In this document: in pieces, positions 21,201 through 33,200 of the stretch
How positions within the stretch are numbered: position 1 is the stretch's first letter
Layout: each line of letters starts with the position of its first letter
DNA from: Orbicella franksi
Lineage: Eukaryota
DNA length: 64,000 bases
Assembly (NCBI GenBank): GCA_964199315.1
Contig: OZ116700.1
Location: 28,706,001 to 28,770,000 of the forward strand
Direction of reading: 5' to 3'
Position numbers and translations under genes: made by a program
The notes under the pieces: model-generated
What the model was told of the DNA's origin: nothing
Databases searched by the model: none
The model's input: only the letters and a program-made list of their open reading frames with translations

Positions 21201-24200
21201 TGTCCACATTTGTAACATTTATCGAACATATCCGTTCGATAAAATTCTTCCAAACATTGACAAGCACGGTATCCGGCGAAAAAGTCAGTTTCAGTGCCTA
21301 GAAAGATTCAAAATAACTAGTTTTTGAATGGCATAGTTTTATCATATTACGTCAAAGTTCATATACACACAAGGTGAATGCATCCTATGCTTTCAAAATT
21401 GTAAAATCGTATCCACTAAATATATACATAGTAAACGCAATTTTTGTACCAAAAGTGAAAATTATTTTTTCTTATCAAAGTCATGGACACCTGGGATCTC
21501 GTTGGGGGAGTCAAAGATTTTATTTTTATTTTAGTAGGCACTATGTTTATTTAATTACAAAAGATGGTATTTTAATTTGTATCTAAATACTAGGTGTCCC
21601 CAATAAGAAGAGGGGTGAAATATTAGCTATGATGTCTATAGTCATCTAAAGTTGTTTCTTTATATTTGTATAGGCACATGTAACAAGGCTGTTGATCAAA
21701 ATCCAACATGCTAAAGTAATTATAAAGAAAGTTTCTGATTACAATAAGAAAACAACAAGCTAGTTCAGGGTCACCTAGTGGACAAGCTCTGCAATCCTGA
21801 GTTCTCGTTCCTGGTGTTTTGTCATATGGCACGAATGAACCATTAGGACACTTCTTACAGTTTGTGGCCACGTAACCGACATCGTCAGAATAAAACCCTC
21901 CTGGAAAAATATTGTAACAAAATACAGTTTGATGCGAGACAAAAACCAGCCTTGAGTGCTGTTGTGATATTCTTGGGTTATAGGGTAGGTTTTGGTTCGT
22001 TTTGTCGTGTTAGATGGTACGAAGCCAAAACTGGACTGAATTTCGTTCATTCCCAATATTCCTTCTCCCCTGGTATTTACTTTCTAAAATATTAAAATCC
22101 ACACCTGCCTCGTTATACTTTTAGTGCTGCTGTGCACTTGACATCAATATCAAGCATGACTGAAGCCGGCCATGAACTTATTAGAAATTCAAGGAATTTA
22201 GCTATAAGTAACTGTCAAAGCCCTCGAAAGGAAGGCAAAAGGATAAAATCGTTTTTGCTAACCATATAGGCCGAATCTAGGGACTAGATCATGCGCCAGA
22301 GTTCTGTTGGCGGGATACATGCATAATCAGAGAGTGATAATCTTGCAGTGAAACTCTCACATACCTGGAGGGCATTGTATACATCCTTCAGCTCCTTTAG
22401 AGGAAAAGTTGGAGAATGTTCCCACAGGACACGGTAGAAATGTGTAAGAATACGAGTCATTGTTAGGTATTCCTTTGAATCCAGCGGCCGCTAGAGCGGG
22501 TTTCAAAAACAGGCTTTCCTTCCAATGAGCTTCGACTGCTTCTTTATTGGAATTCAGAGGATTCCTGGAAAAAGAATTCACAGCAAAAACAAAAAGAAAA
22601 CAAAAAGAATATATTCCATTGAAATTACAGTTATTTCTATTTCTTAATCAAATGAAAAGTTATTTAAAGACAAAACATTCGTACAGAACTAAATTGACAT
22701 AACCTTAATCTACTTGCATTACTCTACATTGCTCTACTTATCACATAACTGTACTTATTGCATGGACCTACTTATTTCTTACAGAACATCACTCGTAAAT
22801 AAGTTACTCTCCATTTTGTCCTTACATTTCTACTTGTTATTTACTTTGTTTTCCTCGGTTACCAGCTATTTACAATTAACGTACACTAACTTTTTTTAAA
22901 ATTGCTTAAGTTATCTACACCTAGCTAGGAATACTTACACTATAAAAACAAACTGTAATTAACTATACAATGTGCCCTACATTTCATTCATTGCAAATTT
23001 CTGCTGGTGACCAATTGTCAAATAGCTTTGGCAACTAAGGAATCGTGATACCAAGGCGGTGGCTTAGGTATACATGTATATCAATACTAGCGATGTTTCT
23101 TTAATATTCTAGTTGGCGGACTCACTGGTGCATATTAATGAAGGGACGGTACTTGACAGTGAAATAATGAAATTGATTAATTCCAAGAGACGATGGATGA
23201 TCGTTTCTTGTTAATTCTTGTTAAAATAATTGTATCAATACTTGAGAAGGGCCCATTTTTCATGATATAAATTAAAAAGGTTACAGTTATGAATTAAGAC
23301 CATGCACGGAGGTCGCTGAAGCACCTAGAACTCAAGATGCATTTGATGACAAGGAGGTAATCCGAAATTTAGTTAAGTTGATTAGATTAATCAATTATTG
23401 ATCATTAATTGTGTAATTGGTGGAGTATCGCCCCATTGTTCTTAGAACTAGATACATTACAGTTGTAAATCAAGACCACGAAGGCCGTTGAAAGACTCCA
23501 GATTTAATATCTTTAGCTTCGTCCGCAGTAAGTATCTGGAAAAAAAGAAAAATATGTTGCACGTAAAAATAAATTCAAGGAACAAATAATTTCAAAGAAG
23601 TCTCTGTTAAACAGTAAGTTTAGTATTTATAATTTATTATTTTTTCGAATTGAATATGCTTGTAATCCGTTTTGTTTTGCGACCATACAATGTACCGTAC
23701 GAATTTAAAGATATCTCGTATTCGATATTCCTTCGACACACTGTAAAAAAATTCGAAACTGTTTGCATGTAAAAACTGTAAGACTGGCACTACAAAATAA
23801 TACACCAGCCTCATTGATTGTACGCCATATTGGATTTCATAAACCCAGAAAAGAGGTTTGGCTGTAGAAAACCAAACGAATATTCACCGAAGTTGTTACT
23901 TACATTTTTAAACTGTTAACACCTCGTGTGAATGCTCCTGGTTGGATTGTCTTAATAGGATTGTCCGATAGTATTCTTAAAAGTTGACATCAACAATATA
24001 AAGATATAGTTAGAAAGCCAAATTTATCAATAGTTAGCAATTACGCTAAGGTCCCGACTTGTCTAAGGCCCAGCAGTTGTCTGGATGCGATAAGCTGGTT
24101 AATGCTTTTACCTAGTGGTTTCTTTTTAGTACGCTTTGGTGGGCATATCAGGAGAGTTTAGCCAATTAAGCTTGGTATTGTGACGAGTCGTAGTCGAGCC

Positions 24201-27200
24201 AACAATATCCAAGTCGCACCCAGAGGGTATTATATGGGTGCGTTCCCTTTGGGGTGATCTGGATCAGGATCAGTGATCCAAGATCACTCGGATCATAGTG
24301 CATCAAAGAAACCGACGAATCCGTGATCAGAGTGGATTCATCGGTTCCTTTGATGCACCATGATCCGAGTGATCTTAGATCACTGATCCTGATCCAGATC
24401 ACCCCAAAGGAACGCACCCTATATCAGGTATTTGTATTAAGCCAAATTCGGCTAGAAATATAATCCGGCTACGTCAGGTCTGTGGCATGATATTGCAGGA
24501 TATAAGGCCAGTATATATGGCTTCTGATTGGCTAAGGGTGAATTTGAATATGTTAATCATAAAAAACAGGGGAAAATAACCCAATTATATTTTCAATATA
24601 AATGGACACGTCAAAGGATGGCCGTCAGGAATGTAGGATTTACTTTAAGTAAATAACTTTCTTCTCTTGAAGGGTTAAAATTGCTGTCGATTATCGAACA
24701 ATAAACTGTTAGGAAAGAAAACCACTGAGATTCGCGGATTCTCATTAGGACACTTTAAATATCAATGGATTAAAAAAAAAATTGTTCCGCACTTCACAAA
24801 GAAAAACGTGCAAATTACGATATGTTCTAGTACATACAGATTTTTAAGAAAGACGCTGTCCACAATGGTATCATTTGGTATAGCTGTGATCTTGTTATTG
24901 TGCAGAAATCTAACAATCAATTTATGGACTAAGTATCTCTCAAATAAAGTACTACTGCATATAAGTGTAATTGACGAGGGGTGAGCTCCTATTGGTTATT
25001 AACTAGGCGTGCGGTAAAGATGGCTGGAATATATGGGCCAAGTTCTTCTTTTGCGTGTTTATGGACCGCGATATGGTATCATAAAAACTAGCAGATAAAC
25101 TGCATCTTTGAATGAAATTTTTTTAGTTCTGTTCTTTAAGTTTTGGTTCACGGTATTAGTAAATTTAATCCAAGAATAAACATTCCTCACCAAATTTCCA
25201 ATCAAATTGTATTTTCCTTTCAAACAATTTAAAGAGTTGCCTAGGAGTGTAGGGTATTTGTCGATTGATAAATTTTCCACAAAGAGACTTTTTACCTCAA
25301 AAGAGCAGCTATATACTTTGAATTTGGTGGGCGGATAGAGTACAAAAACAGTTTTCACGGGAATAGATTTGCAGGAGCTCTTGCTCATCTTATTTCTGTA
25401 AGGAGTATCCATAGTTGCAATACTAGGTTTTCCAGGAGAAATTCTTACGCCCTCCCAAAAACTCGAACTAATTATGGCAGCTTCAATATAAGATTTCAAG
25501 GTCCTAAAATCTGGAATGATATCAATGATGATGATGAGCTTTTACCTCTCAGTCAATTTAAAACTTAGTTAAAAGAATTGTTTCCTTTCAAAATTACTAT
25601 TTTTTTTTTATCTTATTATTAGATTGATTATTTCTGACTCCTGGCTTGTTTGTCTGTGATGCTGTGTGTGCGTGAATGTGTGTGTTTTTGTCTGTTTGCA
25701 TTTATTTTTCACCTGACCTTAATAATAATCCCTTATGAACTTGATTATGGCTGCCCTGCTATTTTAGCCCTCGTAGTTATTAAGGGTAGCCAGTACTCTA
25801 TTTTTAATCAGATGAAATTTAAACTGAACTTTGTATTTATATGGGTACAAATAAAATGAAATTGTGGTTGGCCCGTTTGAAAATGAGTTTTTTTTTCGAA
25901 GTTGTCGAAAACGTTAAACTAGGATCTTAATTCAAAAAATTGCAATTTCGGAGATACTCACACAATTTGTACATTTTTCAAACAGGAAAGCAGGCCCTTT
26001 GGTAAATGTTGAAGTTTGTTGAAGGAAAGATCTCTGCAGATAAAAAGTATTGTAGATGAATAATTTGGCTTTTATAAGTACTATCACTGATTATATTGTC
26101 TCTGAATTTTCTCGAAATTTGAATGCTGGTTAATTGGCTTAAGCATCAGTAAGAAATGGCTTTATAGGGTAACGGTTATATAGTAAGACTTTTTAATAAT
26201 CAGAAATCGAAAAAATTCTTTTGATCTCTGAATTTCTTTACTGAGTAGAGAGACAAAGGAAGACAAACAGAGGGAAAAATCGAAAGAGAAAGAAGGAAAG
26301 AAAGAAAGAGAAACGAAAGAAGAGAGAAACGAAAGAATCAATAAAAGCAGGAAAAAATAAGGAATAAATGAAGGAGGAAAGGAAGAAAATAAAAAGAAAT
26401 TAAGAGGAAATCCGATAGGAAATCGAGCGAAAGACAGAAATCTTGTACCAGAATAATGTCACGTATATTAAAATCCTTTTTGTATTTTCTAAAAGCTAAA
26501 GCTATGAGAAATTGCCTGAAGGAACACCAAAAACAATTTTTCATATGAACTCGAGAAAATATATTTCAAAGTTCAGAGAAATTGTGGAAACACAGGCAAA
26601 ATTTCATCATCAGTGTCATTTCACCAGTACTTTCAAGTGTTTCATATGAACTTCAAAATGTGTTTTCGACATTTAATTTGGTGTTGTTAGTAGTGATTTC
26701 TTTTGAGAAGATATTTAAAACAGTCGCACAGAAGTTTGCGCTTTGATGCAAGTAATCTTAGTACAAAGTTTTTTTTCCTCTTGTTACTCGAACTTCAGGT
26801 GGATATCATTAAACTTACAGATACATCAGTACTTTTAGAGGGTAAAACACATCGCCTGTTAAGTTATGAATATTGTTTGAATCCAGTTGCCTGTAATAGG
26901 AAAGTAGAGCTTTAAAATCAACATTTAGGACTTACAGAAATTTAATGTTTAAAAAGCAAAGTTGTATTTTATTGATTGATGGCTCCTGTTGCAGTTTGCA
27001 CGAATGAAAGTTCGCAAGATGAGACCAGAAAACATGCAAGCTTAAGACTGTACTAACAGTGAGCTGATGATAACTTACAGATATTTCAGTCTTGTCAATC
27101 TTGCAAAAATTCCGTCAGGCAGAAATTCAATAGCGTTAGACGTCAATATTCTGTGTAGTGTATTAAGCGATGAAAAAATGATTTATTTATTTTTGGTTAA

Positions 27201-30200
27201 TTTTAGTTTAATTTTAATCAATTTTAGTTAATTTAACTCATTTTAATGTTTCGTGGCGACGTTCGTAAATAAAAAGACAGAAATATTGTCAAGTTTTAAA
27301 ACATTAAGACTTTCTGCAGAAACTGGCACAGTTCCAGGCCATGCATAATGTAACAAAGCTGTTTCACTCACAGATGTTTCATCCATGTTGTCTGTGTGGC
27401 AAACAACTCGTGAGGTAGAAGTTTGATTGCATTTGAGGTAAGATTTCTAGAAAAGTACATCATTCAATAAGTAAAGCTATCAGTATTGTTAGAGGAGACA
27501 CAACGGTCTAATGGTTAGTGAAATGGACTCCGAGTACAACAGTTCGAGCCCTAGGTGGTGTCATGCACTGTGTTGTGTTCTTGGGCAAGACACTTGCCTC
27601 CTTCCACCTAGGTGTATAAACTGGTACCAGCAAATTTAATGCTGAGGGTAACCCTGCGAGGGACTAGCATACCATCCAGGGGGGAGTATAAAGTTCTACC
27701 TGTGGACACCTGAGATAAGTGGAGGTTTGAACTTAAACCTTACCCAGCCTTTATCTAATACCGTATTGCCTTATTTGTTTAATTTCTTTTTCTTTTTCTT
27801 TTTCGTAAAGGTGAATAAGGAAACGGACTGAGCTCTTTTCTCCATTATTACCTTGGTTATTTTTTTCCTGTGGAAACAACTCAAAAAGCCAACTGTTTCG
27901 CGTAACTAATCTATCGTCTCGTACCGATTTCCGTCTGCTAAGCAAACATTTTTAACTTACAGATTGTCCAGAAATGTGAGATTGGAAAGTAATCCATCTG
28001 GTAAAAACTGAAGATTGTTTCCAGCCAATGACCTGTGAGGAGTGTCACATGATTAGTAAGATCTCAGGGACACTTTATTTCTCTAGCGGAGTCTTCTGAC
28101 ATTCCGCGGGTATATTCGATATTTTGTAAACGTATAAATCTAGTTCAATCACGAATGCTGTTTTCTGATTGGCTACTCACTATCTATTCTGTTTTATAAT
28201 ATAGATAGGACCCTGCGCGCACTCTGATTGGTCGAAAGCCGATGATTTATCGGAGTGTTTTATTGTTTTTCGCCACATTGCCTTTAGATCATAAAGCAAA
28301 TGAGGAAGCCTATGCCTTGTGTTACACTGTGATAAAACACTCCGGACATTTCAGAACACTCGAGAAATGCAGAAAACGCTCGCCTGCGGCTCGTGTTTTC
28401 TACATTTCCCTCGTGTTCTCAAATGCCCGTCGGGTTTTATCACAGTGTAATACACGGCTTAGGCTTCTTTATTTGTTAAGTAGATAATGAGTAGCCTTAC
28501 ACTGTGCAGTTGTTGACAAAATGGCGGCCGCTTTACGTTTTCAGTGTCAATAGAGAGAATTAAGAGAAAGTTTTGGACGACTAATAGATTTATACTAAAA
28601 CAGTCAGATTATTCGCTCATAATTTCTATGCGCGATAGAAATCTCGACGTCATAATCTAAATGTTGAAAGTTAACCTGTGATTATATGTATATTCTATAT
28701 GGTGGACATGGCTTAACTGAAACGGTCCGGGAGATTTTTTTCTTTTCCTTTCCTGTTTTTTTTTTTTTTTAAGGGGGGGCGGGTAGGGGGAGGGGGTATA
28801 TCAGTATAAACTGGCCCCTATGCACTTACAGAGTCCGGAGATGTTTCAGTTTCGCAAATATACCGCTAGGTATAAATTTTATAGCGTTTTGTTGCAACCC
28901 CCTAAGAAAGAAACATTGAATCTGTATAATTCCTATAAATTGAAGTCCCGATCTTTACCTTGCAGATATTTCTAAATATTTTCCAACCTTATGAACACGA
29001 TCCCGTGGTTAGAGGGATTCTCTATCATGTGTAGAGCTAGGTCGCATAGTTAAATAGTCCATTCAATGAACTTTCCTTACCCCGTCCTCTCTATATAGGG
29101 GTTGACCTCAGGCTGGAGAAAAGAGACTCTCTCTTCTCTCTCCTGGGTTCAAAACTGATTTAGCGCGGGGAAAGAGAGAGTTCATTTATTACAATAATCA
29201 TAATCATAATCATAATCATAATCATAATCAAGTACAACACAGTGTTTGCAACAATTTCAATTTTTTACATTCAATTGAAACGCGTACGATTCTCACACTG
29301 CCATGCTGTGAGATGAAAGATTCATGTCTAAAAAACAGTTTTGTTTCAAATATGAGAAGAAAAATAAATAATCATAATCAAATCGTAATCATAATCATAA
29401 CCATAATCAAAATAATAACCATGATCATAATCATAATCAAAGATTTATATAGCGCCAGTATCCTAATGTTCAAAGGCGCTTTACAATATCAGAGAAAATC
29501 TTAAAAATAATCTAAAAATTAAAAACATTAGTCTAAAATAAATTGCAAAATGGCCTTTTTATGAGGCGCTTATTCATTACAAAAACGCTATCCAAGTTTA
29601 AAAACACAGGCTGACTCCACTTGCTTGAACCTCTTTGCCTGAAAGAACCTTTTTATCACTTTTATTCCTCTCTGATTATTTATTATTTTACGTAGTATTT
29701 ATACAATTTATATCAATTCTTAGTGTGACTTGATAATGGCGTGAATTAGCTCTACGTCGAAACGTCGTTTTAAAGCAAAATTTCCTGTTAATAAATATTT
29801 TATCGCAGCTTTTTATAGTTAAATGCTTAGAGAACATCACTTCATCTTTGTAGTAAATAGAGGATATTACGTGGGAGCGAGGAGAGACCAAATTTATCTT
29901 TGTGTGTTGAAAAGTATTTTTCAACACGAGGAGAGAAATTTCGTGTCTTCAAGAGACCGTGTAATTTTCTTTTTGTTTATATAAATTTTAACAATACGTT
30001 ACGACGTTTTGGACGATTTTCCGAAGATTTCGGACCATTTTCCGAGGATTTCCGAAGATTGTCCAAAATGTGTCTTAAAACCAGACGAACGTTTTCGAAC
30101 ACTTTCTGAAAATTTCAGAAGATAACCGAAGATTGCCGAAGACTTCCGAAGAAGATATGAAGATGTTCCAATCATACACCAACAGATTTAAGTACAGTCA

Positions 30201-33200
30201 AAGGGACAAAAATGCTATCAAAAATGATATTCTCACATGTGAGGAAAAGGAATGACATCCTTACATGTGGGATATCGTTTTTATCAATTTGTTACCATTC
30301 GGTATACCACTAACTTTTATATAATAATATTCGTTAAACCACCATTTCGCAGGACTAAGAAAACCTGCAGTGAGGGGGCATACTGTGGTTCACTTACAGC
30401 GTTTGCAACTTTGTCAGTGGGGCAAAAACCCTATTAGGTAGAACTGTTAGAAAGTTCGAGCCCAAATACCTGTAGAAAAAAGCGACATTCTATGAAATTA
30501 ATAGCTCTTGGCTGAAAATCGTGGACGCGTTTAAGGCATGAGGGGAAACGACAAGGCACAACTTATAAATAGACTATTTATTTTCAGAAAGAGAATTTTT
30601 CTTTTTCGTGCTATGTAATCAAATTAAGGAAAATGAATAACTTGGGGCTATCACGACTAGAACGTCTTCTGAATCAATTAATCTATACTTATCAAGAAAG
30701 TAATCTTAGTGCCATTGCTCTCCAACCAGGAAAAAAAAATCTTTTGATTTGTCACGTTCTCTCGCTTTTATTCTTTTCTGCGTTATTTCAGCAGTGTTCT
30801 GGGTGCACTTACAGATATTTAAGATTTCTCAGTGGGGCAAACACATTTTCCGTGAGAAAGGCAATAGCGTTTGAGGACAAATCCCTAGAAGAGAACATCC
30901 TTCAATTAGCACAGCTAAGAACATATGAGTAACGAGCTAATTGTTAATTCATTGTTATGCTGCATTTGTATCCTTCATCATACGCCTTTAAGAGCGCTAT
31001 CTGAACAAATTTATAAAGTATCATTTCATTTTGATTGCGATGGCTTGCTCAAAGCTTTGTTGACTGCTTGCTTTAGGCACATAGGCACGTAATGCTCAGT
31101 TACTCATCGCTTAGGCTCTCTCGTAATGCGATGTAATATATCCAACACGAAAGACCGTGTTTGACCACATTTCCAAACACCGAGATCGTAAAAATCTGTG
31201 TTAATTAAGATCAGATATCCAAACACCGTTACGGTCATGATTTCGTTTGTTTAATCTTGATAAACTATAAATGAGTTTGAGAAGTTCATCCATTGAATAT
31301 TAAAGCAACTACTGTAGAGCTTAGACTGTGCGTTTGCCTCGAACGCCGAGAAAGGGAAATGGAGGGAAAGTAGCGAGAGTTGAGACTGCTGGAATCGCTT
31401 TGCTAAGGAATTTTCTTCCTCATTCCTCAGTCAAACTCTAATTTTCTTGCGTAGACTTCCAAAGGGGGTAATTCACGGCAGTGTTTCAGCGTTGCAGTAC
31501 TTAAATATGAATATTTTGCACTTGCGTTGTAAATAATGATGACGAAAGATGCCTTCAGGTTAAAAAGCGCCGTTTTCCTAGCGATGGCATTAGAAAATCA
31601 GTAGTTTAAATAAACTTACAAGACATGCAGGTTTGCCAGGTTAGCAAACAAACGCTCAGGAAGAAATGTAATAGCATTTGAAGATAAATACCTGTGAAAG
31701 GCAGCGTACGTTCAATAAATAAAAATCCTGGAAAAACTTCTCTTTTTCAAGGAGACTAAGATTCCTATAAGTAATTCCGCCAACGAATGAGGGCTTCATG
31801 ATTATTGTATGATCAAATGCAGTAATTCTTGGTCTACCAAATCGAGTATTGCTACTATAAAGCCTTTTTACTCACGTGACCAGTACCCATGCATATTTAT
31901 TGGAAAAAAACGAAAAGTTTACATAAGAAAAGATTTCAACTCCCACAGGATTAGTTTGGTACATCAACATGGCCACCGTTTCATTATTTTGGGACACCAA
32001 TATGGCTGCAGGGACCTCATGTGAAAAACGCTCTGTAAGAGGCGCATCACAAAGACCAAAGACAAATAGACTTGCTATAAGCCGTCGCGCCTCCATTACG
32101 AAGCTGCTAATCGGAATAGCGATCCCTCGTCTTCGCAGTGTTCAACTTTTTAATATTCATTGTTCCTCTTCCTGTTAATTACTCCGGGCCTTACATACAA
32201 CAAGTTCACTTACAGCCGCTCTATAACCTTCAGTTCTGGAAACACATCGTCAGGTAGAAATGTTATAGCGTTCGAGGCTAAGTTTCTAAGACAATGAACC
32301 AGTCAGTGAATACCATCCGTCAGATCATTGAGGTAAATTTAGTATTGGATCAAATCGTCTACAATATAGTCATAAAATACTAATAGCTCTAGATAAATCC
32401 GGTGTCATTGCGATACAATATGACGCCATTATTTCAATTTTGGGTGAAATTAAAGCAATGTAATTTTTCTATCAATGTTTTCATCACGTTTGACTGCACA
32501 ACCACAAAACTGTAAATGTTTCTGATGTCTATGAACACTTTGTTTTACATTTACGACAATGGCGTCGTTATGACGTCATAGATAATGAAATATAAGCCAT
32601 TTTGGATCCGCCATTTTGAATTACTTTGACATGAATGGATTTAGAGACATTGTACGTTTAGGAAGTAGTGTAAAATAACTTAAGGAAGTGGTCAATTCAC
32701 CTTTCAGGCTTTATATCCAACAACCCAGCGTTAACATCGAGAGCAAACGTTTTCGTGAACGGAAACTTACAAATTCCAGATATTAGTCAGATTAGAGAGC
32801 ATTCTCATTCGAAGATGTGAAAAGTTGCTTGAAATAACTTCCCTGAAACAGATAACAACGTTTCTATCTGTATCAATTCGAAAATATACAAATTGAATTA
32901 TTTAGGGATCAGAGATGGCGCAGCGGTGAGACCGCTCGCCTCCCACTAATGGGGCTCGGGTTCGATTCCTGCCAGGTGCCATATGTAGGCTGAGTTTGTT
33001 GCTGGTCCTCGCCTTGCTTCGAGGGTTTTTCCCGGCTTTCCTCCCTCCACAAAAAACAACACAGCTAAGGCTGATGAGGCCTCCTCTTTGAATATTGTAA
33101 TTTATTTATGACCTCTTACCGAACCGATTTCCATAAATGCGGCAAGTAAAGCTTTTTGGAAAGTACAGTGACAACTGTTAAAATGAAATGGTGTAAATTA

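Noticed and set aside
19586-21253. Calling the receptors GPCRs (LGR-like) or Toll-like/TIR receptors
   Set aside because: There are more than seven hydrophobic segments, no DRY/NPxxY or GPS motif, and no TIR-like sequence in either tail.
25059-25499. 146-aa minus-strand ORF
   Set aside because: It is largely the antisense shadow of a plus-strand LINE fragment.
26936-27007. Extra LRR exon suggested by a CT|GTAAGT donor
   Set aside because: The upstream sequence does not encode an LRR, and there is no acceptor 72 or 75 nt away in the right phase.
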